A stretch of 64,000 bases of DNA from Candidatus Thorarchaeota archaeon (GCA_963726195.1 CAVSBO010000007.1:1-64000), one strand, 5' to 3'. Shown: positions 1 to 11,517, counted from the stretch's first letter. Program-made: numbers and translations. Notes: generated from the letters alone by a model not told the origin.

Positions 1-57
1 CTAGGCAACGCTTAACAGCAAAGGCGAAAGAAAGCGGTCCAGAACAGATGCTGGGAT

Positions 58-936
58 GTGTCAGGCATGATTGAGGAGAAGCCTCAGATTCTATCTGAAC
101 GCAGAACGGTGGGTCTCGTATGCAGAGCAGGTAGGGCAGAGGCTGACCGGCTTGGTCAAGATGTCGTAGACTTCCTGCTAGACCGTGATATCGAGGTGCA
201 GGTCAGCCCGGGATCGTGCAGAGTAAACAGTCGCAGAGCAACCCCTACATCCGTTGACGAGATGGATGTCGATTTTGTGACCGTGATTGGCGGAGACGGA
301 ACAATTCTCGATACACTATCGAGACTGAAGGACAAGGCGACTCCTCTGTTTTGTATCAACATGGGGACGGTAGGTTTCATGGCAGAGAGCGACGTAGCAA
401 GCTCTCTGGCCGCACTAGAGAAGATTCTCGCTGGCGACTGCATAATCGAGAGATGCACCAACCTGAACTCGGGTATTGGCGACAGGTCTTTCGAGGATGC
501 CCTGAATGAGGTATATGTCGCCTCTTCCACTCACGGCCGTCTGCTGACCTTCAATATCTATCTCGATGGAACGAACATCAGCTTCGGCAGAGCAGACGGA
601 GTGATGGTTGCAACTCCCAGTGGGTCGACAGCGTATGCTCTTTCGGCGGGCGGTTCAATACTCTCCCCTTCGCTTGGAGCGTTCATCGTTGTACCAGTCT
701 GTCCTCCAAGATCGGAACTGCGGCCGCTTGTCATCCCAGACTACGGCCTTGTCGAGATAGAACTGGTGAAGCCGGGAGCCCCGGGGATAGTGGTTATTGA
801 TGGTCAGATTCGGTGGGATGTTCAACCATCAGAAAGGGTCTGGGTGAGAAAGTCAGAGGGGGTTACCCGTTTCATTCGCCTATATGACAACTACTACGAC
901 CGACTCCGGACCAGATTGGTACCTAGTAGCGTCTAG
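58..936 (+). CDS. nadK: NAD(+) kinase
   Basis: GGDGT, NE and DG..ATPSGSTAYALSAGG motifs. Confidence 0.93.
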   Translation: MSGMIEEKPQILSERRTVGLVCRAGRAEADRLGQDVVDFLLDRDIEVQVSPGSCRVNSRRATPTSVDEMDVDFVTVIGGDGTILDTLSRLKDKATPLFCINMGTVGFMAESDVASSLAALEKILAGDCIIERCTNLNSGIGDRSFEDALNEVYVASSTHGRLLTFNIYLDGTNISFGRADGVMVATPSGSTAYALSAGGSILSPSLGAFIVVPVCPPRSELRPLVIPDYGLVEIELVKPGAPGIVVIDGQIRWDVQPSERVWVRKSEGVTRFIRLYDNYYDRLRTRLVPSSV

Positions 937-1458
937 GTGAGTTCGGTGCAGAGAGTATACTTGCTCGATACAGGGGCACTTCTCTCCACATGGACAGAAC
1001 AGAATCCGAACGTGGACTTCATGACAGTCCCCTCAGTGTTGGAGGAACTCCACAACAGGCCATCGCAGACCCGCGCTGAAACACTAATCTCGACAGGGCG
1101 ATTGCGTGAAGAAGCCCCCACTGCAGCGCTAATAGCTCAGGTCCGGAAAGTTGCGCAAAGGAGCGGCGATGCCACATCGTTGTCAGAAAATGATGTTGAG
1201 CTTCTTGCGCTGGCACTGCTGAAGAAACAGGCCGGCTATGCAGTGACTGTGGTCTCCACGGATCTTTCTCTGTTGAATACTGCGAGCTTTATGCAAATTG
1301 ACGTGCTCGACACAGCATCCAGATTCAGTCACAAGATTACATGGGTTCTGAAATGCCCTGCATGTGGCCATACGTCTGAGGCGGGTGCCGAATCTGAGTG
1401 TCCAGTTTGCGGCACAAAAATGCGCAGAAGCGCCATTCAAAAGAAACGTATCCGTTAG
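937..1458 (+). CDS. nob1: NOB1-family endonuclease (PIN + Zn ribbon)
   Basis: LLDTGALL PIN start, LSENDVELLAL, STD, CPACG...CPVCG. Confidence 0.85.
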   Translation: MSSVQRVYLLDTGALLSTWTEQNPNVDFMTVPSVLEELHNRPSQTRAETLISTGRLREEAPTAALIAQVRKVAQRSGDATSLSENDVELLALALLKKQAGYAVTVVSTDLSLLNTASFMQIDVLDTASRFSHKITWVLKCPACGHTSEAGAESECPVCGTKMRRSAIQKKRIR

Positions 1459-1472
1459 GAATCTCGTAATAT

Positions 1473-1799
1473 ATGAGGAATACACCTCGTTATTTGTCAT
1501 CACTTGCCAGTAGTAGTAGACAGAGGCTTCGCTCGATGACTGACCGCAACTCTCTCACAATCGACCGCGAAATCGAGGACATCAAGGACCAAGTCCGGCG
1601 TGAAATCAGCACGATACGCGAACTCATGGCATCGGTTGGCTATCGTGACAGTTCGCCAGGCTGGAACGCGCCAATTCAGGTGCAGCGGTTGAGACGAGCT
1701 CTTCGTATCCACTATCTTGCCATGAAGATTAGAGAGTCAACGCCTATTCCCAGCGGCACTCGAGAACTCACTTGGTCACTGGAGAACGATGACGAGTAG
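1473..1799 (+). CDS. hypothetical helical protein (start may be ATG 1536)
   Basis: ORF fills the intergenic gap; coiled-coil-like composition; no motif recognised. Confidence 0.5.
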   Translation: MRNTPRYLSSLASSSRQRLRSMTDRNSLTIDREIEDIKDQVRREISTIRELMASVGYRDSSPGWNAPIQVQRLRRALRIHYLAMKIRESTPIPSGTRELTWSLENDDE

Positions 1800-1805
1800 G
1801 TCTCG

Positions 1806-2225
1806 CTACTCGCCTATTAGTACTACCTCAAGCAATCGGTTTCTGCTGACGTTGTCGAAGTCCACGAATACAACCTGCTGCCAAGTTCCAAGGCACGGTT
1901 TCGAATCTACGAACGGTATCGTCAAGCTAGGACCCAGAATCGAAGCGCGAATATGAGAATGCCCATTTCCATCATGCCACCTCAGTTGATGCTCGTAGAC
2001 TGCATTAGATGGTGCGATTCTTTCCATTGCCACAGGAAAATCCTTGAGCAAGCCGCCCTCGAACTCGATTGTCGTTACCGACCCAGTTGAACCTGCACAG
2101 AACACATTGCAGAGGCCAGTCATGAGTCCGCTGTTTGAGACGCATTTCTTCACATCTTCGGTTATGTCAATGATGTCACAATTGCCTTTGGTCTTCAGAG
2201 GAACAGTTGTGTGGTATGTGGCCAA
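1806..2225 (-). CDS. YjbQ/UPF0047 family protein
   Basis: DGNGHSHIRAS and LGTWQQVVFVDFD motifs; GGAGGT RBS before TTG at 2225. Confidence 0.9.
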   Translation of the reverse strand: MATYHTTVPLKTKGNCDIIDITEDVKKCVSNSGLMTGLCNVFCAGSTGSVTTIEFEGGLLKDFPVAMERIAPSNAVYEHQLRWHDGNGHSHIRASILGPSLTIPFVDSKPCLGTWQQVVFVDFDNVSRNRLLEVVLIGE

Positions 2226-2322
2226 TCTGATGGACCTCCGTCGTGTCTTATCCGGATAGCTGTCCATCTGGCACTACATTTGTCTTCTGTTTGTCAACAG
2301 GATCTAGTAGCAGCAAGTGAGA

Positions 2323-4125
2323 CTAGGCGGCTTTTCTTCTCGTCTTGCAGAGTTCGACCAGCTTCCTAATACGGATCACTTTGGGCAATAGGTCCTCTTC
2401 CGTGGCCTGCAGCGTAAGAAGTGCTGCATGATAATCCCCTCTCTCAAGGATGCGCAGGACTGTGACCAACGATAGCATGTACTTCTTTCTGGTCGACTTG
2501 GCTATGTCTTCCATTTCCTTGATCAAGGATGAAATCTGGTCGCGTGCTTCTGGATGCCTTCCGAAGGTAATCTCAAAAACCTGAAAGAAGTCCTCAAAGG
2601 CATCGTCGTTCTCGTTGAATTTCTTAAAGCCCTCGGCGGATTGTCTGAAGAATCCGATGGCTTTCTCTGCCATCTCCGGGTCATTCGTGCTGAGCGCCTC
2701 AGTACCTGCATTCCTCATCCAGACCGTAGCCAGCTCAGGCACAGACATACTCTCGTAGAGGTTTGCCGCGTCTAGCGCCCTTTCGCAGGCCATCTTGTGA
2801 AACGTGGAATGCTTCTCGTTATCACCGAGCTTGTCTGCACAGTCGCCAGCCTTGCTGTAGAACTTAGAAGCATCCTCCATCTCGGCAGATGCAACTTTCT
2901 CCTCAGCCAAGCTCAGATAGATATCCTGAGCCGTCGAGAGGTATTTGCGCGAGGCTGCTGCATCTCCCATTTCACTGAGCACATCGGCGAGTTCCTCAAG
3001 TGACACTGCTTGCTGCTCTCTGTTGCCATTCTTTTCCTCTGTCTGAGCCTGCGCAAGGTAATAGTCGATTACCTGCTGGTATGTCACCGCAGATTCGCTC
3101 TTGGAACCCCACAGCTTCAGGCACATTGCCTGATGTCTGAGGTAGTCCTTCTGGGCGTCTGATTCATTCTCTTCTGCGGCCTTTGCGGCGAGAACACCAA
3201 AGAGCTCGCCAGCTCTCTTGTAAGCCCACTTGGCCTTCACGTTGCCGAGTTCCGCAAATTTGCCGCCTGCCTTGACCAACAGCGGCGCGACGACTTCTGG
3301 TGCTCCATCCATCTTGAGGTAGGCTTCTGCTGACTTGAGAAGAGCCTGCTTGCGGGCACCTGTGAGTCTCTGTTGCTGGAATGCCTCCTCAGCCGCGTCG
3401 TAAATATTCCCGGCCTTTTCAAAGAGACTAGATGCTTCGTAGAGCTCCCCTGCCTCTATCATGGTTCGGGGAGCTTCGGACAAATCTCCACGGAGTTGCA
3501 TTATTTGTGCAACCTCTGCAAGAGCGTTCCCCGCAGAGAGTAGATCCCCTGCGTTCTTTGCGGCTTCTGCCCATCTGAGCGCAATTCTCTGGGCACGATC
3601 GTCAATACGCGCACCGAGCTCGTTGTCACCCGATGCGTAGTAGAGCCTGCCAACTTTCTTCAGAAGCGCCACTGCTTCGCTGAAGTTCTTCTCGTCTTCC
3701 CGTGCGTCCGCTAGGCCCTCAAGAGCATCAGCTGCCCTTGTGTTGAAATCCGTTCTGCTGTCTTCAGTCGCTGCGAACTCCGCAGCCCTGAAGTAGAAAT
3801 CAGCGGCACGTTTGTATTGGGTCGCTCTCTCAGCAGTCTTAGCAGCTGCTACACTGAGCCTGACTATCTCGCTATATGCCTCTGCCTTCGCTTCCTGCCT
3901 GACTAGCATCAGAATTGCTTTCTCAATTGCGTCGTAATACTGCTGGGCTTTGTTCAAATCTCGATAGACTTGTGCTCCCTGTTCGTAGAGCTTGGCCGCT
4001 GCACCATGAGCACCCTTTGATGAGAGCGCATCCGCAGCCTGAACAAGAAGCGCACTGGCGGCCTCCTTATCTCCGCTTGAGAGTGCTTTCTTAGCCTTCT
4101 CTATCAGGTCATCTGTGGGGGTCAC
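2323..4125 (-). CDS. alpha-solenoid TPR / alpha-SNAP-like repeat protein
   Basis: Repeated A..Y..AA..Y helical pairs over 600 aa. Confidence 0.7.
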   Translation of the reverse strand: MTPTDDLIEKAKKALSSGDKEAASALLVQAADALSSKGAHGAAAKLYEQGAQVYRDLNKAQQYYDAIEKAILMLVRQEAKAEAYSEIVRLSVAAAKTAERATQYKRAADFYFRAAEFAATEDSRTDFNTRAADALEGLADAREDEKNFSEAVALLKKVGRLYYASGDNELGARIDDRAQRIALRWAEAAKNAGDLLSAGNALAEVAQIMQLRGDLSEAPRTMIEAGELYEASSLFEKAGNIYDAAEEAFQQQRLTGARKQALLKSAEAYLKMDGAPEVVAPLLVKAGGKFAELGNVKAKWAYKRAGELFGVLAAKAAEENESDAQKDYLRHQAMCLKLWGSKSESAVTYQQVIDYYLAQAQTEEKNGNREQQAVSLEELADVLSEMGDAAASRKYLSTAQDIYLSLAEEKVASAEMEDASKFYSKAGDCADKLGDNEKHSTFHKMACERALDAANLYESMSVPELATVWMRNAGTEALSTNDPEMAEKAIGFFRQSAEGFKKFNENDDAFEDFFQVFEITFGRHPEARDQISSLIKEMEDIAKSTRKKYMLSLVTVLRILERGDYHAALLTLQATEEDLLPKVIRIRKLVELCKTRRKAA

Positions 4126-4355
4126 CAGTTCAACCCTCGAGCTTATCCAGTAGGTGCTGTATTGAGTTGATAGCTTTCGCTCTCCTCATAACAGTTGTTC
4201 TGATAATGTCTGCTTGTTCTGAGCACAATTGCAGAATGGCCTGCAGTAAGATTGTCCTGATTCTGCAAGCCCTCATAGTACAAGTTGAGTCCAACAGGAT
4301 TTTGAATCGCGCTTCAAGGAGAAAACAACCTTAAGACGGCAATCTTCCTGAAGAA

Positions 4356-5732
4356 ATGGCACTCATGAAAGAGATATCCCTTGACAGAGTCGATGAATCG
4401 GACTATGACGTAGTCATCGCCGGTTCTGGCGCTGGGGGGCTCCTGACTGCGTTGGGACTCTCTGAAGATGGAAAGAGAGTATTGATGCTTGAAAAGGAGA
4501 ATCATCTAGGGGGCGTTTGGTATGGATACAAAGTGGGCGGATATCGAGTCGATCAAGGCCTCCACGTGATAACACGGGCGAAGAGAGGACCTTTTTCCCG
4601 TTTTCTGAGGAAGTACCTCAGGCCTGCTCCTGAAATCGTAATGCATGATGGTTGGTATTTTCGTGTTAATGATAGAGTGGGCACCATTCCATCGAGCATC
4701 GCTGACGGGCTTCGTTGGCCGCTTACAGGTATGGGGGGCCGCTTGTCCCTTATTCGGATAGGCGCTAGAATCAAAATGATGAAGCTCCGCCAAATGCGCT
4801 CGTATCGACACTTGACTTTCCTTGAGTACTTGCGAATGAAGGGCGTTACGAATCAAACAATTATAGACGTCTTGCAGAGTGCATTGTATCTAGCCGCCGG
4901 TGTGCCTATCGAGCAAGCTTCAGCTTACGAGGCGCTCAGGACTCTCAAGGACACAGACAAGGAGACGCCAAAAATCCAAACTCTGAAGAACCTGCTACTC
5001 GGGTCGCAGGAATTCGACGAAGGCGTCGCAATTGGTGGCATGCAAGGGCTCCTAGAAAGAGTTGTTTCGGCTATTGATGGAGACTACGTGTTGAATGCTC
5101 CAGTCGAGCGGATAGCCGAAGATGAAGGCAGCGTTGGAAGTGTCACTGTTCATGGGAAGGAGATTCGCCATTCCAAGATAGTCAGCAACATACCTCTGTG
5201 GTCACTACCCAATACGGTTGAATCGCGGCGCCCCGAGGTTACTTCATTCTTCGAAAGCTGGAGCCACATGAGACCCACAAAAGGCGTGACACTCTGGCTT
5301 GGACTCGACAAGGTTGTAGTAGGCGATAGGAAATCTCGTGTGATTGTGCATCCAACTCCAAGCAGGTGGGTTCTCTCACTGTCCAGCTTTGACCCCTCGT
5401 GCGCTCCCGAGTGGAAGGAGCTCGTGGGCATTGCCATGATCTTCATCGAGGGCAAACCGTTAGATGAACAGGTTCGGATGATGAAGGGCAACGGGCTTTC
5501 AAGATATCATCCTGGCATAGTCGAGCACATAGAAATGGAGCATGTCCAAGTATCCTATGCGACACGTGCAGCACTCATGCCCGGCCAGACTGCCCTCGAA
5601 CGACCCGGCCCTCGTACGCCTATGAGGGGTTTATACATCGTAGGTACAGATACCGCCGGGGAAGGCGTTGGGTTGCAGCAGGCTGCGAATTCTGCAGAGG
5701 GTGCATTGGCAGCAATAAGGTCTGATTGGTAA
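4356..5732 (+). CDS. FAD-dependent oxidoreductase, phytoene desaturase-like family
   Basis: GSGAGG..LEK...GG dinucleotide fold; C-terminal TP..GLYIVG.....G.G. Confidence 0.8.
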   Translation: MALMKEISLDRVDESDYDVVIAGSGAGGLLTALGLSEDGKRVLMLEKENHLGGVWYGYKVGGYRVDQGLHVITRAKRGPFSRFLRKYLRPAPEIVMHDGWYFRVNDRVGTIPSSIADGLRWPLTGMGGRLSLIRIGARIKMMKLRQMRSYRHLTFLEYLRMKGVTNQTIIDVLQSALYLAAGVPIEQASAYEALRTLKDTDKETPKIQTLKNLLLGSQEFDEGVAIGGMQGLLERVVSAIDGDYVLNAPVERIAEDEGSVGSVTVHGKEIRHSKIVSNIPLWSLPNTVESRRPEVTSFFESWSHMRPTKGVTLWLGLDKVVVGDRKSRVIVHPTPSRWVLSLSSFDPSCAPEWKELVGIAMIFIEGKPLDEQVRMMKGNGLSRYHPGIVEHIEMEHVQVSYATRAALMPGQTALERPGPRTPMRGLYIVGTDTAGEGVGLQQAANSAEGALAAIRSDW

Positions 5733-5810
5733 TCGTTCTTGCCGAAAGAGTTTTGTTCAGCACCCGCAGTCAGAAGCCGACAACAGAGCATCTGTCAGGA
5801 GCCATTTGAA

Positions 5811-6372
5811 ATGACCATGATTGAAGTCAGATGGCATGGGCGAGGAGGGCAAGGCGGAGTTACGTCTGCCGAACTCTTAGCTGAAGGCAGCGTATCTTGA
5901 TGGATACAAGGGAGTTCAGGCTTTCCCGTTCTTTGGTTCTGAGCGCAGGGGTGCACCTGTGAAAGCATTCACCCGAATCTCCACCAAGGAAATCAATGTT
6001 AGAAGTCAGATATACGAGCCTGACATAGTTGCGGTTCTTGACTCAAGCATACTCGATTTGATTGACGTCACAGAAGGCCTCAAAGAGGGAGGGAAGGTGA
6101 TAGTGAATACCTCCTCAAGAGCAAGTGAGCTTACCCTGAACAGGGGGCACGTATACGCTTACGACGGCACAGGGATTGCTCTCAAGCTAGGTCTCCTTGT
6201 TGCTGGCTTGCCGGTTGTCAATACCACGATGCTTGGTGCGTTTGCCAAGGCGACCGGACTGGTCAAGCCAGAAACTGTCCAACAGGTCATCTTGTCTAAG
6301 TGGCCGGGCAAAGCAGGCGAAAAGAATGCTGAGGGTGCTCGTCAGGCCTACGAGACCTGTAGCGACCTCTGA
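5811..6372 (+). CDS. porG: pyruvate/2-oxoacid:ferredoxin oxidoreductase gamma subunit (frameshift ~5885)
   Basis: MIEVRWHGRGGQG read from ATG 5811; FPFFGSERRGAPV and NTTMLGA in the shifted frame. Confidence 0.88.
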
Positions 6373-6465
6373 AGGTTCCTTGACTCTGTCGACAGTCGCC
6401 ACACTCCATTGAACAGAGAACGCGCACCGTTCTCTGAACCGGAACTCGCTGGAGGATACTGGTAC

Positions 6466-7281
6466 CTATGCATACATCCTTTCGTAGCCGGGTACACCAC
6501 GCTGCTGGGGCGACTTTCGCATTCCTTCAACCTGTTGAGCGACTTGCTCCATATGCTTGCGCACTTCCTCGGCCGACGCCTGCAAATCCTTGACATCGAT
6601 TCCCATTCGATACAGCTTGTTCAGGGCCTGTATCAACTGAATGGCAGCGTCTGGGTCAGGAACTTCTGCAATCGCAGGTGTCAGCAGAGCGAATCCAACC
6701 ACTGACCTGCACAGGGTCTCTGCCAGTACTGATCCGGCAATTCCGGTAATGATGCCCTTGTTGAGCATCTCCATATCCTTGAATTTCTGGAGTTCTGGTA
6801 TTTTCTCTTCTTCGGCCACAAACAGGACCTTGCGTTCTTCCGGCAGGCCTTGGACCGGAATTCCATCCAACACCACAGTCTCCTTGACGCCCATTGTTGC
6901 GGCCCAGTCCAGAAGTGAAGAGCTGATTGCATACATGCCTTCTTCCGCAATTGGCAACTCCGTCGTCACAACGAGGAGATTCTTAGATTTGGCTGCATAG
7001 ATACGGAAGGGATGACGCAGTCTGCCGTCCAGAAACACGGCAGCAGATGGCACATACTTTGATCGCACAAAGGCGATTTCTTCCATCTCGAGCTGTTCGA
7101 CTATAGTGTTTGCAACGATTATGCCAACGACGCCGGCTGACGGGAAACAGCAGACGAGGAGAGGCTGGTTAAGCTTCACTTCCTTCGTCTGTACGATCTC
7201 TGCATCCGGAGAACCCAAAGCCTTACCAACACATGCGCTTGCCACTTTTGAGGACCTAACAAAACCTGCCTGATACACCAA
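6466..7281 (-). CDS. PAC2-family proteasome assembly chaperone
   Basis: FPSAGVVG.I, HPFRIY, G.ITGIAG, PDP.AA motifs; true start probably slightly downstream. Confidence 0.85.
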   Translation of the reverse strand: MVYQAGFVRSSKVASACVGKALGSPDAEIVQTKEVKLNQPLLVCCFPSAGVVGIIVANTIVEQLEMEEIAFVRSKYVPSAAVFLDGRLRHPFRIYAAKSKNLLVVTTELPIAEEGMYAISSSLLDWAATMGVKETVVLDGIPVQGLPEERKVLFVAEEEKIPELQKFKDMEMLNKGIITGIAGSVLAETLCRSVVGFALLTPAIAEVPDPDAAIQLIQALNKLYRMGIDVKDLQASAEEVRKHMEQVAQQVEGMRKSPQQRGVPGYERMYA

Positions 7282-7283
7282 TA

Positions 7284-8688
7284 TTAATCTTCGGTCAGAG
7301 GCTCTAGATGCACGAAGACCTTGTTTACCTTTGGAAAGGCCTCCTTAATCAGCCTCTCGACTCTTTCGGCAATCGTGTGACTCTCTATCAGAGATATGCT
7401 CCCACTAGCTCTGCAGTCAAGAGACAGAACTAAGCCGTTTTCGTCCTCTCTCACGATGATATCGTGGCAGTCGCGTGCCGGTGTCTTGCTCTCCACAGCT
7501 GTTTTGATGAACTTGACGATGGCTTCGGTCTCTTCAGTGGCGTTCCGTACGACAGTCTCATTGCGCACTGACTCAAGATGAAGAGTCAAGTTTCTGACGT
7601 TGGGTATCTGTTCACGTAATGTCATCTCGAATCTATCGGCCGCTTCGTGTGCCTCATCTAATGTGAGACTAGGTGGCATCTCCAAGTCAGCTGCTAGGTG
7701 CAAACCGTCAGACATATCGTAGACACGCACATTGTGAAGGCCTCGAACTGTTGGATCCGTTTCCGCCAAATATTGGAGTTTCGAGTATATGTCCATCTGT
7801 GGACCGACCATGCCGGCTCTCTTCTTGGGCTCCATGTGAACCACGACATCTACCCTCTCCACTCGTCCAGCCAAGCCTTTCTCGATTGCATCGGCTATCA
7901 CGTGAGTCTCCACTTCTCGCCAATAGTTCGTCCACAATCACTACCACATCCACGAAGAGCTGCGGTCCGGCAGTCCTCGTGCGCACTCTCCTGCATTCAA
8001 TGACACCCGGTACTTGGGTACAAATCTCTCCTATTCTCTCGCGCACGCCAGCAGGAGCACGGTCAGTCAGCATATCATACGATCTCTTCCCAAGACTGGC
8101 AGATACGAAGAAGATCACAATCGCAACCCCCATTGCAGCTGATGGGATCTGCTTGCGGGACACCGAGCCATACGAACGTCAGCCCACCCAGCACAACTGT
8201 AGAGCTTATCATGTCCGTGCTGAAGTGCAAAGCATCAGCCTCAAGGGCTTGGCTGCCATGTTTGTGAGCTGTCCTGTACAGCATCCTACTTCTCTCATAG
8301 TCTACTACAATGCTTGTCGCCATGACAAAAACTCCGACAAGCGTCGCTTCAGGCCATTCATGGACTTGGATCCTCCGAATTGCTTCGTAGATAATCCAAG
8401 CAGAAGTGAACCAGAGAATAAGTGTCTCCGCAAGTGCTGAGAAGTTCTCGACTTTTCCGTACCCATAATTGTGGTCAAGATCGGGAGTCTGGCCGCACTT
8501 TTCACCGCTGTGTAAGTGATTCCCGCAGCGGACATGTCCAGCCCGCTATGCAGAGCCTCAGACATTATCCCGAGCGAACCGCTAACGATACCAATTACGA
8601 GCTTGATGGATGTTAGAAAGGCGGCCGCTCCTACCGAAATCGACGCTGCTCTGTTGACATCTCGTCTATCCGTTATATTGGAAACCAT
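7284..8688 (-). CDS. cation diffusion facilitator with repeated C-terminal dimerisation domains (several frameshifts)
   Basis: Fragments SEALHSGLD, ALEADALHFSTD and repeated H.EP motifs spread across frames. Confidence 0.82.
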
Positions 8689-8802
8689 TCACTATAACCG
8701 ATTCCTGAGGCGGCACATTTCACCATGGGCTGCTTTTCAAGTAATCTGTCCAGCAACATGATTTGCAGAAGAGATTGTTCACGAGAGGCTTTTCAAGACA
8801 GC

Positions 8803-10112
8803 TCAGATGTATGAGTACTTATCCCATTCCCAGTCCGTGACAGACTTGCTGGTGTATTCTCTCCATTCTTCTTGCTTGAGTTTGAGGTATGCCTCGAAGA
8901 GATGCTGGCCTAGGGTGTCCTTGATCACTGTGTCCTGCTCGAGACATCTGAGGGCGTCGTCAAGTGTCGCTGGCAGCATACCAATTCCAAACCTTTCTCT
9001 CTCGTCATCTGTGAGGCTGAAGATATCCTCTGTGCGAGGTTCAGGAGGTGAGATACCTCGTTCGACCCCATCCATGCCTGCGGCGATTATTGCAGAGAAC
9101 AGAAGGTAGGGATTACATGTTGAATCAGGTGATCTGATTTCGACGGCGGCTTTCTGACTGTCCTTGAAGAGAGGAATCCTTACCAAGGCTGTGCGATTCC
9201 TGTATCCCCACGAAATGTACACGGGGGCTTCCATGCGAGGGACTAGCCTCTTGTAGGAATTCACGGAGGGATTTGCTATTGCAGTAATTGCCTGTGCATG
9301 CTCAAGGAGCCCTGCAACGAAGCTCTTTGCGGTCTCAGAAAGGCTAGACCCTCCTCCTGAACCGAACACGTTCTGGTTTCCATCCCACAGCTGAAGGTGA
9401 GCATGAAGACCACTTCCTGGTGCTTCCAGAAAAGGCTTGGGCATGAACGTGACATCCAATCCATGATCACGAGCAACAGCGTGGGCGATATTCCTGAAAG
9501 ATACGGCAGAATCGGAAATCCTTCTCACATCGTCGAAGTCGATTTCGATTTCTTGTTGCGCTTCTCCAGCCTCATGGTGTGCAACGAGAGGATGTATCCC
9601 CACCTGTCTGAGTGATGTGGCAATCTCCATTAGAACATCAGCTGCTGGGTTAGCAGGATAGGTATCTGCGTAGTGCCCAGAATCCAGCTGGTCACCCTCT
9701 TCCGTTATGAAGTAGAACTCGGGCTCAACCTTGACGTTAAGATGCATCTGACCCGGCAAGAGGTTGTTGCATACTGAGTACAGCAACCCGCGAGAATCCT
9801 TTGGATGGTAGAGTCCGCTCTCGGACGAGGTTGCCTTCTCTTTGATGAAACACATAACCGCGGGCAGTTCTCTGTGAGGTATAGGGCAGTTCGATTAGCG
9901 TAGAGATATCAGGGTCGAGTCTCAAGTCCGACGACTCAACAGTGGCCATACCTGCAATTGAGTCTACCATCAATGCTTGCGCCCTTTCTCACCGACGGGT
10001 CTTTGCTCACTGCTTCCAGAGAGTCTGCTGGTTCACAAGGCACAATCATGGCCTTGAGTCGTCCCAGCAGGTCTACGAATCGCATCTCTACGTAGTCAAT
10101 GGTTTCGGACAA
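8803..10112 (-). CDS. glnA: glutamine synthetase type I (two frameshifts near 5' end)
   Basis: N-terminal YVEMRFVDLLGRLK from TTG 10112; EPEFY, HHE, FMPKP, GSGLH, NSYKRL, EIRSPD. Confidence 0.9.
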
Positions 10113-10186
10113 TCTCGCTCTGCCCCCGAGTACTGCGTTCGGTCGGCCAGAGAAAGGGCTATTTTAAGCCTCCTCTCAGGTTGATT

Positions 10187-10498
10187 TCAGCCCCAGAGTT
10201 CTTTGTACCATGCGTCAGCTTGGTCACCGATTTCGATTCTTATGGACCCGCTGGCAACGTTCGTGGCTCCTCCCTCAACAATCTCAAAGTTCAGCGCCGC
10301 AATTCTGATTGCTTTCTTCTCAAGATGCACGTTGTCTATGTTCCTTGCATGAACTCTTGCGACCCTGTTCCCACCGTCCATTGTGAGAAGGAGATTCTCA
10401 TACGTCAGGTCGCACTTCATAATGAATTTTGTTTCCTTGAAGTCACCGACACTAGTCTGAAGATTGGCGAATTCGGCTTTAACCTTCTGCGCTTTCAT
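10187..10498 (-). CDS. small beta-rich hypothetical protein (possible PH-like fold)
   Basis: ATG 10498; beta-strand pattern ending in helix ADAWYKELW. Confidence 0.6.
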   Translation of the reverse strand: MKAQKVKAEFANLQTSVGDFKETKFIMKCDLTYENLLLTMDGGNRVARVHARNIDNVHLEKKAIRIAALNFEIVEGGATNVASGSIRIEIGDQADAWYKELWG

Positions 10499-10616
10499 AG
10501 CACTGCACGACCAACGACCACGACTCTCATGTCTTATGAACTTCTGTGTCCAAGCCGGAATGCTTCTGCGAAGGCCGTAAGACAGAAACGCTTCCGGTGC
10601 ATGTTCTAAGACGCGT

Positions 10617-11435
10617 ATGATACCAAAAGGCTTGCACATTGGTACTTCTGGGTGGAGCTGCAAGAAAGACTGGGCTGAAGTCTTCTATCATGGTAATCTG
10701 CCTATGCTCCAGCAGTATCTCGACTACTTTGACACTGCCGAAATCAACTCAACATTCTATGCATTGCCAAAGCCGGCCTTTGTACAGCACTTGGCCAGTT
10801 CTCTCAGGTCCCGTGTCTTCTTCACAGCAAAGATTCCACGCGCAGTAACGCACGACAACAGATTGAATCTCAGCGGTGACGGAGCCAGAGTTCTGAACGA
10901 TTTCTTCTCACTCATTGCGCCCCTGGAGAAACACTTGGCGGTGCTGCTGGTTCAGTTGCCGCCATGGGAGCCTTCGAGACTAGGCGACTTGGAGTCATTC
11001 CTCGCAGGTCTCGACCCAAAGTTCAGGTATGCTGTCGAGTTCCGACATGAATCTTGGTTGAACGAACATGTCTGGAAGATTCTTGAAGACTACAATGCTG
11101 GATACGTGATCGTGGATGAGCCCAAGCTTCCAATCGACATTCGTGTAACGACTGATTTTGCATATGTCCGATGGCACGGGCATGGTATTAGACCATGGTA
11201 CAACTATCGTTACTCGATTGAGGAGCTCCAGGAATGGCAGCCTCGGCTAACACAATTGAATGATATGACAAAGGCAGTTGTAGGCTACTTTAACAACCAC
11301 TTCAGTGGGAACGCTCCATTGAATGCCCTTCAAATGCTGAAACTGATGAATATGGCCACTCCACCTCAAGAGGGAAAGCTTGAACGCATTCTGGGCCGCG
11401 GCACTGCCGTTCAGGCGTCCCTTAACGAATTCTGA
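10617..11435 (+). CDS. DUF72 domain protein
   Basis: IGTSGW, EINSTFY, VQLPP, EFRHESW, YVRWHG, YFNN. Confidence 0.93.
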   Translation: MIPKGLHIGTSGWSCKKDWAEVFYHGNLPMLQQYLDYFDTAEINSTFYALPKPAFVQHLASSLRSRVFFTAKIPRAVTHDNRLNLSGDGARVLNDFFSLIAPLEKHLAVLLVQLPPWEPSRLGDLESFLAGLDPKFRYAVEFRHESWLNEHVWKILEDYNAGYVIVDEPKLPIDIRVTTDFAYVRWHGHGIRPWYNYRYSIEELQEWQPRLTQLNDMTKAVVGYFNNHFSGNAPLNALQMLKLMNMATPPQEGKLERILGRGTAVQASLNEF

Positions 11436-11517
11436 ATCGGGCCGCGTTGCACTGCGCTTCTTGGAAAGGCTAATAAGGGCACTCTAGGGTCGGGTGCCGA
11501 GTCAGGTGAACCGGCAC

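Noticed and set aside
7673-8440. Long antisense ORFs (e.g. 7673..8440, 58408..59136)
   Set aside because: Shadow ORFs opposite well-supported genes
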